From Octopus vulgaris (taxonomy: Eukaryota): 64,000 bases of DNA. The stretch lies in assembly GCA_951406725.2 (NCBI GenBank), contig OX597817.1:65720001-65784000 (forward strand). Direction: 5' to 3'. Positions 1-13,346 of this stretch are shown piece after piece; position 1 is the first letter of the stretch; each line of letters starts with the position of its first letter. Below the pieces are notes generated by a model. That model was given only the letters and a program-made list of their open reading frames with translations, was not told the origin of the DNA and searched no databases. The position numbers were made by a program, and so were the translations under genes.

Positions 1-370
1 TTACCAGTACTCACAAACCCTTGAAAACTTCAGCAAAAACAGTGTTGTTGACCTTGATACCAAGGCTTCATCTATATCTGATATGAGAACATTCTGGTAA
101 AGTTTTCCTTTCGTCTCTCATGTCAGATCACCATGTGTCAATAAGTTCTCTCTAACTCACATTCTATTAACACTGATGTCACTTGGGGTTTGGTTATGAC
201 TCCAATACTCTTCCTTCTCTACATCAATAATCTGTCTGCTGTTGTTTCTAATCACACAGTTATACAGATGATACTATTTTTTTCTCCTTTATCTTTCACA
301 CACACAGGCATCATCCATCAACAATCTTACTTCACACTAGACTTCTATAACCAGAGACCATCGTGTAATG
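1..370 (+). mobile_element. Decayed CR1/jockey-type LINE RT remnant
   Basis: The translation TDVTWGLVMTPILFLLYINNL resembles the RT motif GVPQGSVLSPxLFLLYINDL, and an LDIxKAF-like segment lies near 50-70. Confidence 0.5.
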
Positions 371-1010
371 GGTACAAGACAACCTAGTTTCTTTTAACAA
401 CACCATTACAGAGTCACTACATGTTTTGTGGGATCTATTTAGCAACATTACTTTCTCTTTATTAATGAACCACACCTAGCTATGACATTTAGGTACATGG
501 TTTTAGAGTTTCAAATCTTTCATAGCAGCCATACATATAAAAAAGCCAAAACTGTTTCAGAAAAGTTAAGACCACACCTAGTGACAATGAACAGATATTT
601 CCTTTGTAATGCCTGTTTACAGCCAAGTGAAATATGAATCTGTTAAGTGTTTTTTGTCAAAAATACATCTTTGACCTTTGATCACTAGCTAAATACTTTA
701 TCAATTCAACAAGCTATGATTTTCAAAAAGACAAAGGACAAACTTCAGTCGTGGGATCTCATCTGTAAAGATGTTACAATTTTTCCCTATTTATATAATA
801 CAAAGTATTCATTTAAGTGATAGTTAGTGATACATATTTCTTCACAATTTGTTTGATACAACTTATGGAATAGATTGCTTATGAATTTCCTAAGCTTTTA
901 ATTTGTCAAATAGAGGTTTCATTCATGCCACTAAAATCATGTGTAGAAATGAAAAATGATATCTAATTGTTATATCTTCCATGACAGATGGATAGATGAA
1001 TGTGTATGTA

Positions 1011-1063
<53 letters not shown>

Positions 1064-1070
1064 ATATTTA

Positions 1071-1292
1071 CATAGGGTGCTGAAAAGTCCCAGAGTTTGA
1101 TTAAAAGAAAGCACAGGAGGATCAGTTAATTATGATTTTATTCAACAAATTCCCCTCTCAGATTCACACATATATTGCAGCAGTCCTACAATTTCTCTAA
1201 GCCCTGTAAAAAACAGGGCTTAGAAAAGTTGGGCTTCCAACCCAGCCTTTCGCAATACTCTTAAAGCCAGGAACTTTTCAGCACCCCCTCAT
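1071..1292. mobile_element. Mariner-type MITE
   Basis: Inverted termini agggtgctgaaaagtccc and ggaacttttcagcaccccct, lying between two (TG)n tracts. Confidence 0.6.
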
Positions 1293-2638
1293 GTGTGTGT
1301 GTGTGTGTGTCTATATGTGTATGTATGCATGTATGTATATATTACATATACACACACACACACACCAAGATGTATTTGGTTAGTAAAATGGTAACTGTAA
1401 CTTAAATCAACTATTTACTCCACATGTTAAATGGACTTATCAAACTCTTTAACAGACTAATTGCACATCATCATCTGTTTTCTCAGATTTTATCCTATCT
1501 TCTGTATTAACAAGTCACCAAGAGAGTCAATACTTAATCACTCACACTTATAAAAATAGCAATCAAATTTCTCCCAAATCTCAACCTACCATCATACAAA
1601 ACAGACACTGACATTAAATAATGTAGTCCTAGACATCCCTAAAATAATGAGGTAGTCATGGCTTGAATGCTTTTGATCATATATATATATTCAATCAAGG
1701 CTAACCTGGAATAAAACCACAGTATTAAATTATTCCTTAATGTTATAATAGTTATTTATTATCAACATTATTCTTACTGGATTAAATTCACTTTGACATC
1801 AAACCACCTGTGTTAACTGCACAAATTAAGCAAATGATTTGCAGATTACTCTATTTCTTTATTCAAACATACATACATAACTTTGTCAGAGGAGTAAAGA
1901 AGTACCGATGACCTGTTTACAAGATTTCTGTAGCTGGTGGGAAGCAGAGAATCAGACACTTAGCCTGAATCCTTGCAGTGGAGTGAATTCTTCTAAAGGT
2001 ATGGAAATTAGTATTTTGCAATAATTTTTATATTTACTTCCAAGTTTTACTGTTGGTTTATTTTCTTGATAAAATTACCTAATAAGGTTATGAATCTATG
2101 CGAACAAATAAACCATTCAGACACGACATATTTTTAACATTAACTTTTCCTCCAAATAGTGTCAAGTAAACTGTTTCTCAAACCTTCATGGTTGATTAAA
2201 ATAAGTACAAATTAAGTACAGTACATCTATTCAATCAATTACACCTGCATGTCCTGAAATGTGTGACATAGTCACTATATTTACACTGTACACACACACA
2301 CACGTTGTATACATACCCTCTCTCTCTCTTTCGGAGAGGCACTGAGCAGCTATATGCACACATACACACATGGCAGTAACTTCCGCCTACCGAATTCAAT
2401 CACAAAGCTCCAGTTGGCTCAGGGCTATAGTAGAAGACACCTGCCCAAAGTGCCACGCAGTGGGACTGAACCCGAAACCATGTAGTTAGGAAGCAAGCTC
2501 CCTAACCACACAGCCATGCCCACGCCTACATATATACAAACAAAAATACCCTGTTGTTGATGTTGAAATTCCAAAGAAGAAACCAGTGCTTTCTCTATTG
2601 GCAAGAAATCTTGAAATATTACATACACACATACATAC

Positions 2639-2757
2639 TCATTCACTCCAGTAAGTCCATGCAAACTTTCTGAGAGTCTAAGAAGTTCCGGTAAATGAAT
2701 TTGTTTTGAGTAGATAAAGTGTTGCACAGCAATGAATCCACTTTTCAATGCAAACAG
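2639..2757 (-). CDS. Second coding exon of the same gene (LFALKSGFIAVQHFIYSKQIHLPELLRLSESLHGLTGVN)
   Basis: Polypyrimidine acceptor ctcttttgtctcacccttgttacag and donor GA|gtatgt. Only the phase-0 frame is open, matching exon 1. Confidence 0.55.
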
Positions 2758-4304
2758 CTGTAACAAGGGTGAGACAAAAGAGGTTGAGGCGACCAGAAAT
2801 AAGTGCATTTCAGAATTTTTGTATATGAGTTTCTCTTCTAGAAAGAAGTTCTAATGAAAACTAAGGGTCCTTCACTCCCAGTGGTTCACATGTTAATTAA
2901 ACTATAGCTGGGAGCCTAACAGGTGCTACTACTCCAGGTAAGAGTAGACCTGGAAATGATAGTGGCTCCACACTCAGCAAAACCCTGAAACAGAGTACCA
3001 GAGTCTCACTACCGGATGCAATTCAAAATCATACCCGTCCACCTGTCCATACATACATAATATTTAGAGGGCAACATTTTACATTTATAAACAATTCGAA
3101 TGCGAAATAAAAATTATTTTGTTACATTACAAAAGATACTGTCCTGCACATTAGACTTTTCATTTTCTTCAAAGTAAACCGACTTATAGCACTTGTGTCC
3201 CGTTTAAATTCTCTAATTGCCAACGGTGGCCGTCACTAAATATCTCGGATCCTACTGTTAACTTAACACATAAAGCGCGACGGGCCACGATCGTGGTCGT
3301 CAAGCACAGGTCGAAAGCCACGATCGTGGCCCAGGTAGACGCATTTAATTTATGGGCATTTGTAGAGGTCTAATGTCACTCAAACGCTCCGATACCCACC
3401 AGATTGCAAGAGGACTAAAAGTTCAACTGACTTTTCAGATGATGTAAAACTTGTCACCATTATATACTAAGAAGATATTTTAATATATTTTTTTTTATGT
3501 GTGTATGGTAGTCTCAGTTTCATAAAACGTGCTCAGCAGTCCATGCTATGTAAGTGCAAATCTCAATGCTTTATAGGTTAAACATTATACGATAGCGAGA
3601 CCGTAAATGTAATATCTAACTGAATTAAAACTATGCACTGTCTCGAATTCCTATCTTATTTAATATTTCGTCTCATTTACGTTGCAAATATTTTGGAAAA
3701 AGTATGACCGTCATAGAATCTCGATCTCGAATTTGATGCTGAGAGTCATCTCCCTTGAAACAAATGGGACGAAAACAACATGAGTTCACAGATGCTCTAC
3801 GTGGTCGATCGAAATGGTAGAATTAATAAATAATACATTACCATTTTAAAAATGAGGACACATAGGATATAATGTAATCCTCCATTCATATTAAGAATGA
3901 CGACACATGGGATATATTGAAATCCTACATGAGATTATAATAGGAAATTGGAACATCAACCAACATAGGTAACAGGATGAGGACTAACAGGGAGGCTAAA
4001 AAAACTTTAAAAAATTATGTATATGTGTTTTAGGAGGATTTTATATACAAATATTTAAAAACTTTTATATTACTATTTGGCTTCCTAGCCAAAATTACAT
4101 GTGATATGTTTATAACACTACGAAACTATACGAATAACAATTAGTAATACGAGTGATGTGTTACTAAAATGAGAAGAGAAAGAAAATATGTAGACAGTAT
4201 TTAAAAATGGAATAATGGAGTCAAAACACGTATAAATCTACAATCTAGTCGAAAAGAACATAGCAGAAATCTCCCCCAAATGATAACAACATTAACACAA
4301 ATAC

Positions 4305-4328
4305 CTTTCGACTAAACAACGCAGCCAT
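4305..4328 (-). CDS. First coding exon (MAALFSRK) of an unidentified divergent gene
   Basis: Start context aaaATGGCTGCG followed by a phase-0 donor AAG|gtattt. A CCAAT box (ATTGG) lies at about 4374. Confidence 0.55.
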
Positions 4329-4832
4329 TTTATCAAGTACGAAAACCTGTATAGTTATGAAAAGTCGCTTTCTATTGGTCAAATATTAAATATGCTATCC
4401 CATTACAGATAGCTTTCAAAACAGCTGCAAAGTTTTATCTCCTACACACACATATATATTACAAAAAGTTTTATATCTTGGAAAATTTTTTAATCTCTAC
4501 GTCGCAGATATATCATCATCATCATCGTTTAACGTCCGCCTTCCATATTTTCTTTTTTTAGTAAGGTATCATTGGCCTGATAAGTAGCTTGCGGTTTACC
4601 CCTCATTTCGGTAATTTTCTATTTCCGGGGTTCTGCTAACTATGAAACAAATATAACCTAGATTTTTATCTATCCCATTCTTTAAATTTGGATTTTTATC
4701 CACAAACACAGCAACCCCAGTTGCTAACCGTGAACTGTAAAATAACTTTTTTCATCTTATCGAACTTCCATATGGAAAAAACTTTACAGCCTTCTACGTC
4801 AATAAACCACTATTGTTCCTGAAAGTTGTTTT

Positions 4833-5612
4833 AGATCTTTTCCTTTTGAACGGCAGATGTCAACGCAATTTCTAGTTAACTAAACACTTTTAAACTTCGT
4901 ATACTGGCAGAATGTGTTTATAAAACATCATTTTTTCTTGGCTTTATTGAGAAAATTCTATAGTTTGTAAGATATTTCGTCTGAAATTTCGAGCTTTTCG
5001 GCAATTTTAACCAATTGCTCACCTCCATTTGGGGTGAAAAGATTCCGTGCTGTATGAACATGTCCCTCGTTTAAAAAACAGATTGGGTTTATTTACATTT
5101 GCGAAGAAAAAAAGACACCCTTCCCCCACCCCTAACCTAACCCTAAAATAGATTGAAATGCAATAGATCGATACTAGGGTTTTAATTATGGGTGACATTT
5201 TCATTTGACACCGTTAGAAAAAATCCCATTTTCCGTAGCGGTGTCGTATGAAATTGTCACCCATAATTATAACCCTAGTATCGATCTATTGCATTTCAAT
5301 CTATTTTAGGGTTAGGGGTGGGGCAAGGGTATCTTTTTTCTTTGCAAATGTAAATAAACCCAATCTGTTTTTTAAACGAGGGACATGTTCATACAGCACG
5401 GAATCTTTTCACCCCAAATGGAGGTAGCGATTGGTTAAAATTGCCAAAATGCTTGATTTTAAAGTGGAAATATCTTACAAACTATAGAATTTTCCCAATA
5501 AAGCCAAGAAAAAATGATGTTTTATAAACACATTCTACCAGTATACGAAGTTTAAAAGTGTTTAGTTAACTAGAAATTGTGTTGACATCTGCCGTTCAAA
5601 AGGAAAAGATCT
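4833..5612. mobile_element. Palindromic foldback MITE with arms of about 380 bp and an 8-bp TSD
   Basis: Begins AGATCTTTTCCTTTTGAACGGCAG and ends CTGCCGTTCAAAAGGAAAAGATCT, with a spacer of about 20 bp near 5217-5235. TSD gttgtttt at 4825..4832 and 5613..5620. Confidence 0.9.
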
Positions 5613-5700
5613 GTTGTTTTTTATACCTTCTTCGGATTGCTCGAAGTTTACTAATTTCCTACACCTTGATCCTTGGCTCTTACCTTTACATATTAATATA

Positions 5701-6308
5701 TATGGGGCTAATGCAGAACTGCACTTCTTGAAAAATGCGTCTTTTGGGGGAAATCTTTTCGTATTCCTACGTTTTAGATGTCAGAGATTACGAATATGTA
5801 ATTTTTTTTATTTCACTCCCCCCACACCCAATTTAAAGAGATTGTAGTGAATTGACGAACATATGCAAATCGAAATTAAATATAGACTAAAACATTAAAG
5901 TAAAAAGAATTTGCGTTTTACTTGTCTTTGCCTTAAGTAATCGTAAATAGTAATTGAATGTAAATTAAATATACACCATTTTATAAGAAACAAATTGATT
6001 TTTAATAGTTAATGTTATAAAGTCTAATAAGGGGCTCAACTCCCCACCACCACCACCATTTCAAATTTTGAACTTTTTCATCCACTCTTAAATTTTGAAC
6101 TTTTACATATTCGGAATCTTCGTCATCTAAAACATAGAGAAAAAAAACATTTCGAAAAATTTTTAATTGGGGAAGAGGGGGGTGGGTGAAATTAAAAAGA
6201 ATATTCTTCTTGCATATTCGTAATCTTCGACATCTAGAACGTAGGAATCGGAAAAACTTTTTTCAAAAAGATGCATTTTTCAAGGAGAGGTGCGATTCTG
6301 CATTAGCC

Positions 6309-6313
<5 letters not shown>
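5701..6313. mobile_element. TA-flanked MITE with imperfect TIRs of about 130 bp (Tc1/mariner-like target)
   Basis: Termini tatggggctaatgcagaa and ttctgcattagccccata; the arms align over about 130 bp. Confidence 0.75.
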
Positions 6314-6382
<69 letters not shown>

Positions 6383-6384
<2 letters not shown>

Positions 6385-7613
6385 TGAAAAATTCCGGGTG
6401 GAGGTAGGGGTCCACCAAGGTTCAGTCCTTAGCACCCTCCTATTTATCATAGTCCTCCAGGCAATAACAGAGGAATTCAAGACAAGATGCCCCTGGGAGC
6501 TCCCCTATGCTGACGACCTTGCTCTAATTGATGAGGAGAAGTTTCAGGTGTGGAAACAAGGATTAGAATCAAAGGCTTAGAGTCAACCTAGCTAAATCCA
6601 AAGTCCTAATAAGTAGGAAGGCAGGTAAACCACAAATCTCTTCAGGTAGATGGCCCTGCTCAATCTGTAGTAGAGGCATATGTAGAAACTCTATAAGATG
6701 TACCCAGTGTAAGCTATGGACACATAGCTTTCAAAAGAAAGCTAACTGGGAAGATAGTTTTTCTATGTGGCAGATGCTCAGGAGCAATAAACACTGAAAA
6801 TGTGCAGAGAACAACTTCCGCCACATTCCAGGGAGAAGAACTAGAAGTAGTAGACAACTTCCATTACCTAGGTGACCTAGTCAGTAGCTGGGGAGGGTGC
6901 GCTGAAAGTGTAGCTGCTAGAATAAGAATGACCTGGGCAAAGTTCAGAGAGCTCTTATCTCTGCTGGTGACAAAGGGCCTCTTGCTCAGAGTAAAAGGTA
7001 GACTGTATGATGCATGTGTATGAACAGCCATGCTACATGGCAGTGAAACATGGGCCGTGACTGCTGAGGACATGCGTAAGCTTGCAAGGAATGAAGCCAG
7101 TATGATTCGATGGATGTGTAATGTTAGTGTGCATACTCTACAGAGTGTAAGTACCTTGAAAGAAAAGTTGGACCAAAGAAGCATCAGATGTGGTGTGCAA
7201 GAGATACGGCAGTGCTGGTATGGTCGTGAGGCGAGAATGGATGAGGATAGCTGTGTGAAAAAGTGCCACACCCTAGCGGATGAGGGAACCTGTGAAAGAG
7301 GTAGACCCTGGAAGACCTGGGATGAAGTGGTGAAGCACGACCTTCGAGGCAATGACTAGTGACCGAGACTTTTGGAAATATGCTGTGCTTGACAAGACCC
7401 AACAAGCCAAATGAGACCATAACTTCGTGGCCTATGCCAGGGGCGTAACCAGCCCACTTATGCATACCTTTCCTTCATTGGACACTAAACTCTGCTTGCG
7501 AAGACCTGCTGAGGCAAGTGAAATCAAAATCAAATTCGATGACTGGCATCCGTGCTAGTGGGATGCTAAGAGCACCATCCAAGTGTGATCGTTGACAGAG
7601 CGGCTAACTGGCT
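6383..7613 (+). mobile_element. 5'-truncated RTE-clade LINE (RT C-terminal half and part of the 3' UTR), disrupted
   Basis: GVHQGSVLSTLLFIIV...PWELPYADDL, a Cys-rich RWPCSIC segment, FHYLGDLVS, MLHGSETW and RGRPWKTW, with stops and frameshifts. Confidence 0.9.
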
Positions 7614-8794
7614 AATTTGCTGTTCATTATGTTTGCAGTTAGAGTTATGCAGAAAGTTAGGGTTAGGATTAATGTTAGCCGTTAGTGTTATATTTCGGTT
7701 TAGTTAGGGGTTAGTATTGAGATTATTATCATCATAGCTATGGGTTAAATTAACAGTTAGGATTAGAGTTTGGTTTGGCATTAGACTTGGCTTAAAAGCT
7801 AAGATTAGTTTGTTTGACATTGTCTAAAGCCTAAAAGTTTTCAATTAGAATTCGGTTTGGTGCTACTTTAAGCTTAATCATAACTCTAACCACAATACGG
7901 AGAGCTGGGATGGGATAGTGAGACTATTTGTAATTGGAAGAATTTCCTCCGTGACATATGCGCAGTTGTCTCAGTTTTTTCCAGAAAAATGTTTTTAAAA
8001 AGTTATAGCGGTTTAAAGTTTGATTATTTTCACCCAATCAGGCAACAGGATTTGGAAGTTGTCATTTTGTGCGTGACAGCACGTTTTGTCAACTGCAAAT
8101 CAAATAAATTGAGTAGGTGGAAGGGGTGGGAGTAATTAAATTTTTTTTTTTTTTTTTTGCTGCTAAATCGTAATCTTCGATTTCGAAAACATATGAATCT
8201 GAAAATATTTAAAAAATGAAATTACTGGTTCAAAAGTTATAAGGGGGGGGGTGGATTCCGAAGAAGTACCGATAACTCTTTTAATGCTTTCTTTAAATGA
8301 ATAAACTTAAATTAAACCTTATGTTTAAATTATCCTGTAGCTGTTTTTCCTATATTTCGAACTTTTTTTTATTTTTTGAGAAACGAAGAGGCTAACGCTT
8401 GAAATCATAAGGGAGATAATTCAATATTATCTATTTTAATGGCTTCATTGGAGAAATAAAAGTCAAATTAAACTGTTATTCTTTAAATAATAATAATATC
8501 ATATTACATCTAATTTATTGTTTTCAAACCCACTTTCTCCCCTAACTGAATGACTGACACGTTTTTAAGGAAGAGAAAAGAAATGCTGATTAAAGTTTTA
8601 ATTCCAAAAGAAGTTTATAAAAGAACGAAGTTACTGTTTTTTTAATGTTAGCATAAATCTAAATAATTTTCTTAAAATAGCCATCAATATTTATTATTAT
8701 TATTATTATGATGATGATGTCACATCAACTAAAATATTTAAAATATTAGGCATGTATTTGTTGGAATACGAAAGTATGATTCCTGTTCTGTTTC

Positions 8795-8960
8795 CTAAAC
8801 CGGATGTTGCTACTAGGACACGTCGCGATTTGACAACTTTAAAATGGAATTAAGATGACGACCAAAGTTTTTTCTTTGAGATTTTTTTTTCTCTTGGGGT
8901 AAACATTTTCTCAGTAAATTAAAGGGGAACGGAAAGTTAATTCAGTTCCAGCTTTAATCG
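8795..8960 (+). promoter_or_regulatory. Candidate GOSR2 promoter and non-coding first exon
   Basis: Locally CpG-enriched, non-repeat sequence with an ETS-like ccggatg (about 8800) and a YY1-like aaaatgg. The donor atcg|gtaaga at 8961 could splice to the acceptor at 16270. Confidence 0.4.
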
Positions 8961-10479
8961 GTAAGAAAACATTTTCATTTATTTTTTTTATGTTCATCCG
9001 AAGTGAAACATCCTGTTACACGTTATATCTCAATAACAATCAATATAGCTTCATTGATAAAATATAAAGACGACGAATGATTGAAACATCTACGTATAAA
9101 ATACTTCACCCAACTTTCTGCGGTTTTTTTTTCATATAGTTGTCATTAACTGGCGTCGTTACCGTGTTTAACCGACATACTTTTAGTTTGAAATACTTAT
9201 GAAATAACTTCCGTCTCGTCTCCAATATTTCATCCAGTGCCCTCGTCATGTTACGTAGTTCGGCAGTCTTGTTTTCGGCCGTTCGTTGTTAATATTAGAT
9301 AAAATGATACGTTAAACCCGTTATGTAATTTTCTGTAGATATTTGTTTCCTCTACTCCCTTCCTCCCCACATACCGACTCCGCCACATCTCTAATTTCTT
9401 ATACCGGTCCTTCGTGGGAGAAAAAGGTGAAAAGTAAAATTAGATTTTCTGTTAAATCTGTGTGTAGTTAAGCAAGCATATTGTGCGTCTTACCGCTCAT
9501 ATGTTTTACATTTATTACCATGTAGTGGTCTCGTATTTCAAACACTAATATTTATATGGACGTCTGTTTGTTTTATTTCAAACAGCAATATTTCATCATC
9601 CGTGTTATTAAACCCCCCACACACAAAAGTTCTACACTAACCACTACATCCTATTCTTCTGCCCTTGAACGCCAGTCTTCCGTAATTCCTTTTCTGCACC
9701 AGTCTCACTGCTATTGGAGGGTCTCCCAAAGCTTATGTGGCAGCCTTCTCTTTTCCATGAGTTCCTAATTGTAAATATATAAATGACATTTGTAAAAAAA
9801 AAAAACTTTCAATGATCTGAGAATTTGTGAAGTTGGAAGCACGAGTGAAAGTTTGTGACAACTATAATATTTAATAAAATTTCTACAAAATAAACTCAAG
9901 ATTTTGAAACAATAACATTTCAAAAATCCGAGAATTAAACAAAAGTAAGCAAATAGTTGCTATTGATCGAACCACAAAGTCAGAAATTTTAAGCAGGAGG
10001 GTGGGGGTTAGTCAATTATATCGACCTTAGTACTTGTCTAGTACTTATTTTCTTGACCCTGGAGAGTTGAAAGACAAAGTTGGCCTCTGCTGAATACAAA
10101 CATGGAAGGCAAAAAGCCAGAAAAAATGCTGAACATGCATTTTGTCCAGCATATTAATAATTTTGTCAATTCACTACATGTAGTAATAAATGACAATTAT
10201 ATAAGGAACCATATTTAAGTAGATAAATTGATGTATACAGCAAAGGGACAGTTATAATATCCTATTGCCATTTAATTAATATTCATGCATCAAAGACAGA
10301 TCTGTTTGAAGAAGTATTGTAGACTATCAAGTGTGTGTTTTAAGACAGTAGGATGTGATAAAAAGATCTAGCTACTATTTCTAGCAGATAGAATGACCAG
10401 GTATTCTGCTGACATGAGAATTGTGTATATATGTATGCTCAGGAGAAAGAGAGTCTTCTTAATGTGAACCCAACTGAGA

Positions 10480-12180
10480 AATCAGCTATTCTAAATGTTA
10501 GCACTGTAATAGATAAAGCAATTAAGGATTTGATGACAAAGGAAGACCCTGGTCCATTAGGAATTATTGCTGAGATGTTTAAAATCTAGCAGAGCATGCT
10601 AAGACCTTGACACCCATATGATTATGGAAACTCCTGTGTTTCGATGACTTTGTTCCTATAGTTGAATCTCTTGTAATAAGATTAGAAAATAAATTTTAGG
10701 TGTGGAAGCAAAACTTGGAGTCAAGAGGCCTTAAAGTTAAATTAGCAAAGACCAAAAGTTCTAGTAAACAGGAAAACAGACTGGACTTTACATCCTTCAA
10801 GTAAAAGGCCATGCTTGCTATGTAGGAAAGATATATGCAAGAATTTCATATGGTGTACCTGGTGCAAATTATGGATACATAAGAGGTGCAGTGAAACACA
10901 GAAAGACTAACAGAAAAAGTTGACTTTGTGGTCGATGTGCATAAGTAATAAACACTTAGAATACAAGGTGAGTAGATTTTCTTGAATGCCCTGGAGAATC
11001 TTTAGTAGTAGATAGTTTCTGTTACCTGGATAACCTAATTAGCAGTGGAAGATGATGTTCTGAAACTATAGTTGCTAGAATAAGAACTGGTTGAAGAAAA
11101 TTCGCAAAACTAATACTTCTGTTGATAACAAAAGGCCTCTCTTCAGAGTGAAAGGCAGATTCTATGATCTTTTATATGAACAACAATGCTATATGGTTGT
11201 GAAATGTGGATCATGAATTGCAGAGGACTTGTGACAAGTAGGAAGAAATAAAGCTAGCATGCTCCACTGGATGTAAAGTGTCACTGCAAATGTATTGAAT
11301 GTAGAAGGGAGAAAATTGTGCTGGTATGGTCATGTGATGCATATGGATGAAGACAGCTGCATAAAGGACTAGTAATCACTAAATTTGGATGGAAGCTATG
11401 GAAGAAAAAACCCCAAAGATGTGGGACTTAGTTGCAAAGACCAACCTCAGGATGTTGAGCCCCACAATAAAGATAACAAAGGGCTATGACAATTGGTTAT
11501 TTGGTGTGCTTGAGAAGACCTGTCCATCTCAGGAAAAAACAAGGTCCTCAAAGCATATTATGTCTATGCCCCAGCACCCATTCAGTCCCTGTCAAGCCTT
11601 CCCCAGAATTCATTTTTCTAACACCCATCCTTCTATTGCTCACTCAGCTGCTGTAATTACATTAGAGTGGAACTATAGATATTTTATCCCTGCTTTTCTA
11701 CTACCAGTTATCCCTCTCCTTGGAAACACCTCCATTTGTCATCCATCCCACATTCTCAATACCATCCCTTACTACACTTTATTTTCCACTGAATACCACT
11801 TTCCAAAAACATTCTCTCATATCTGCCATTAGTACCCCTACTCCATATTTGTAAATTATTATTTCTACCCCTACATACGTCTGATCACTGTCTCTCACTG
11901 TGTATCACTCTCTTACTTCCTCACACTTCACTTCATCAATATTACACCCCAACTCAGTCAAAGGTGGTCTTGCCTTGCAAGTTACTTGGCAACCGCACTA
12001 GTGTTGGTGCTACAAAATAAAGCACTCAGTACACTCTGTTAAGTGGATAGTGTTAGGAAGCATATCCAGCCATAGAAACCATGCCAAAACAGACACTGTT
12101 GCTCAACGTAGTCTTCTGGCTCATCAGATGCAGTCAAACTATCCAACCTATGCCAGTATGAAAAACTAATGTTAATGATG
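10480..12180 (+). mobile_element. Older, more decayed copy of the same RTE LINE, including its 3' tail
   Basis: Collinear similarity to 6540-7400 (e.g. caaaaggcctctcttcagagtgaaaggcaga, tgctggtatggtcatgtgatg), ending in a gttaatgatg tail. Confidence 0.75.
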
Positions 12181-13158
12181 TATATCAGCAAATGTGGGTA
12201 ATTGATTATGCAAAATCCTTCATTTGCAATTGAAGATAAAGGCTAACCAAACATGTTTTCTGTATTGTTGCCACCTGAAAGTTAATGAGATTCAAATAAC
12301 TAACCAATTCATGTCTTTTGTTCCATCTCACTCAGCAAATTGTCTTATTCCTACCTAGATATCTAATTTTATGTCATTGGATGTAAGGACACGGGGTGAC
12401 ACACTGAAATATGCAATGTAGGGATTTTTTTTGCAATGAAAAAATTTCTGATTATTATCCACAAGGCCTACACACGAGCCAGTGAAGAAACCCCACCACC
12501 ACCATGCTCAACCAGCTAGAAATAGCAGCCAAATATCCCTCAAATTGCATCCCACTTACCATCTTAAATGAGGAAAGAAACATGTTGGGTAATCATTTTG
12601 TAGTTTTAGACATATCCCTAAAAAGGCAGGTTTTTTTTTTTTTTTCATCTGGAATGTTTTTGATCATAATTCTGCTCAAAACAGGTCTAGACAAGTTCAA
12701 CATGTACACAGTTGTATTTATATTCATAACAATGATGGTGTTATAGCTGAAGTTCACTGAATATTTTATCAGATTTAAACGATGTGATTATATCCAGTTT
12801 GTTTTGTTTTCATATTTTCACTGTTGTTTAACTCTAGGTCAGCCCTAATTCAGTATATATATATATATATATATATGCTCAGAGGTGTTTCAGTGATGAT
12901 CATCTCTTTTTCTTTCAAACAATGTCTAAATAATCTAATATCTCCTTCCATTTTAAAATCTCTAAGGTGTGATTGGAGAGATATTTTGCTGCTATTTCTA
13001 GCAAGTCAAGAGACTGCATACTAACCCCTATGTTAACTCAACACATTTTTGTTGTTTAGCTTTTAATACCTTATGATTGTGAGGTTAGATTTGTAAGGAA
13101 ATTTAACTGCTATTTCTAGTAGGTCAAATAACGACAGTGAGACTCCTATGTTTATTAG

Positions 13159-13346
13159 CCCTTTAGTATTCAGATTACTCTGACAAATGTAATGCTTCCT
13201 TATTCATGTGGTTTTGAATTAATCATGCATCTGAGATTTCTATGAGGTTTTTGTTTATTTTTTAGAATGACATTGTTGAGTATGTGTGAGAGGCTGTATC
13301 TGGTACAATATTTCGACCAGATATAACTAGTTTAGATGCTAAAGGG
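13159..13346. mobile_element. piggyBac-type MITE
   Basis: TIRs ccctttagtatt and gatgctaaaggg, flanked by TTAG and TTAA. Confidence 0.7.

Noticed and set aside
15-80. Minus-strand exon ending at a gtgagt donor (14..9)
   Set aside because: It overlaps a plus-strand LINE RT remnant and cannot be linked to the upstream exons.
7650-7890. Interstitial telomeric repeat (gttaggg-like)
   Set aside because: Only scattered degenerate units with no tandem TTAGGG run; similar motifs occur inside the MITE arms.
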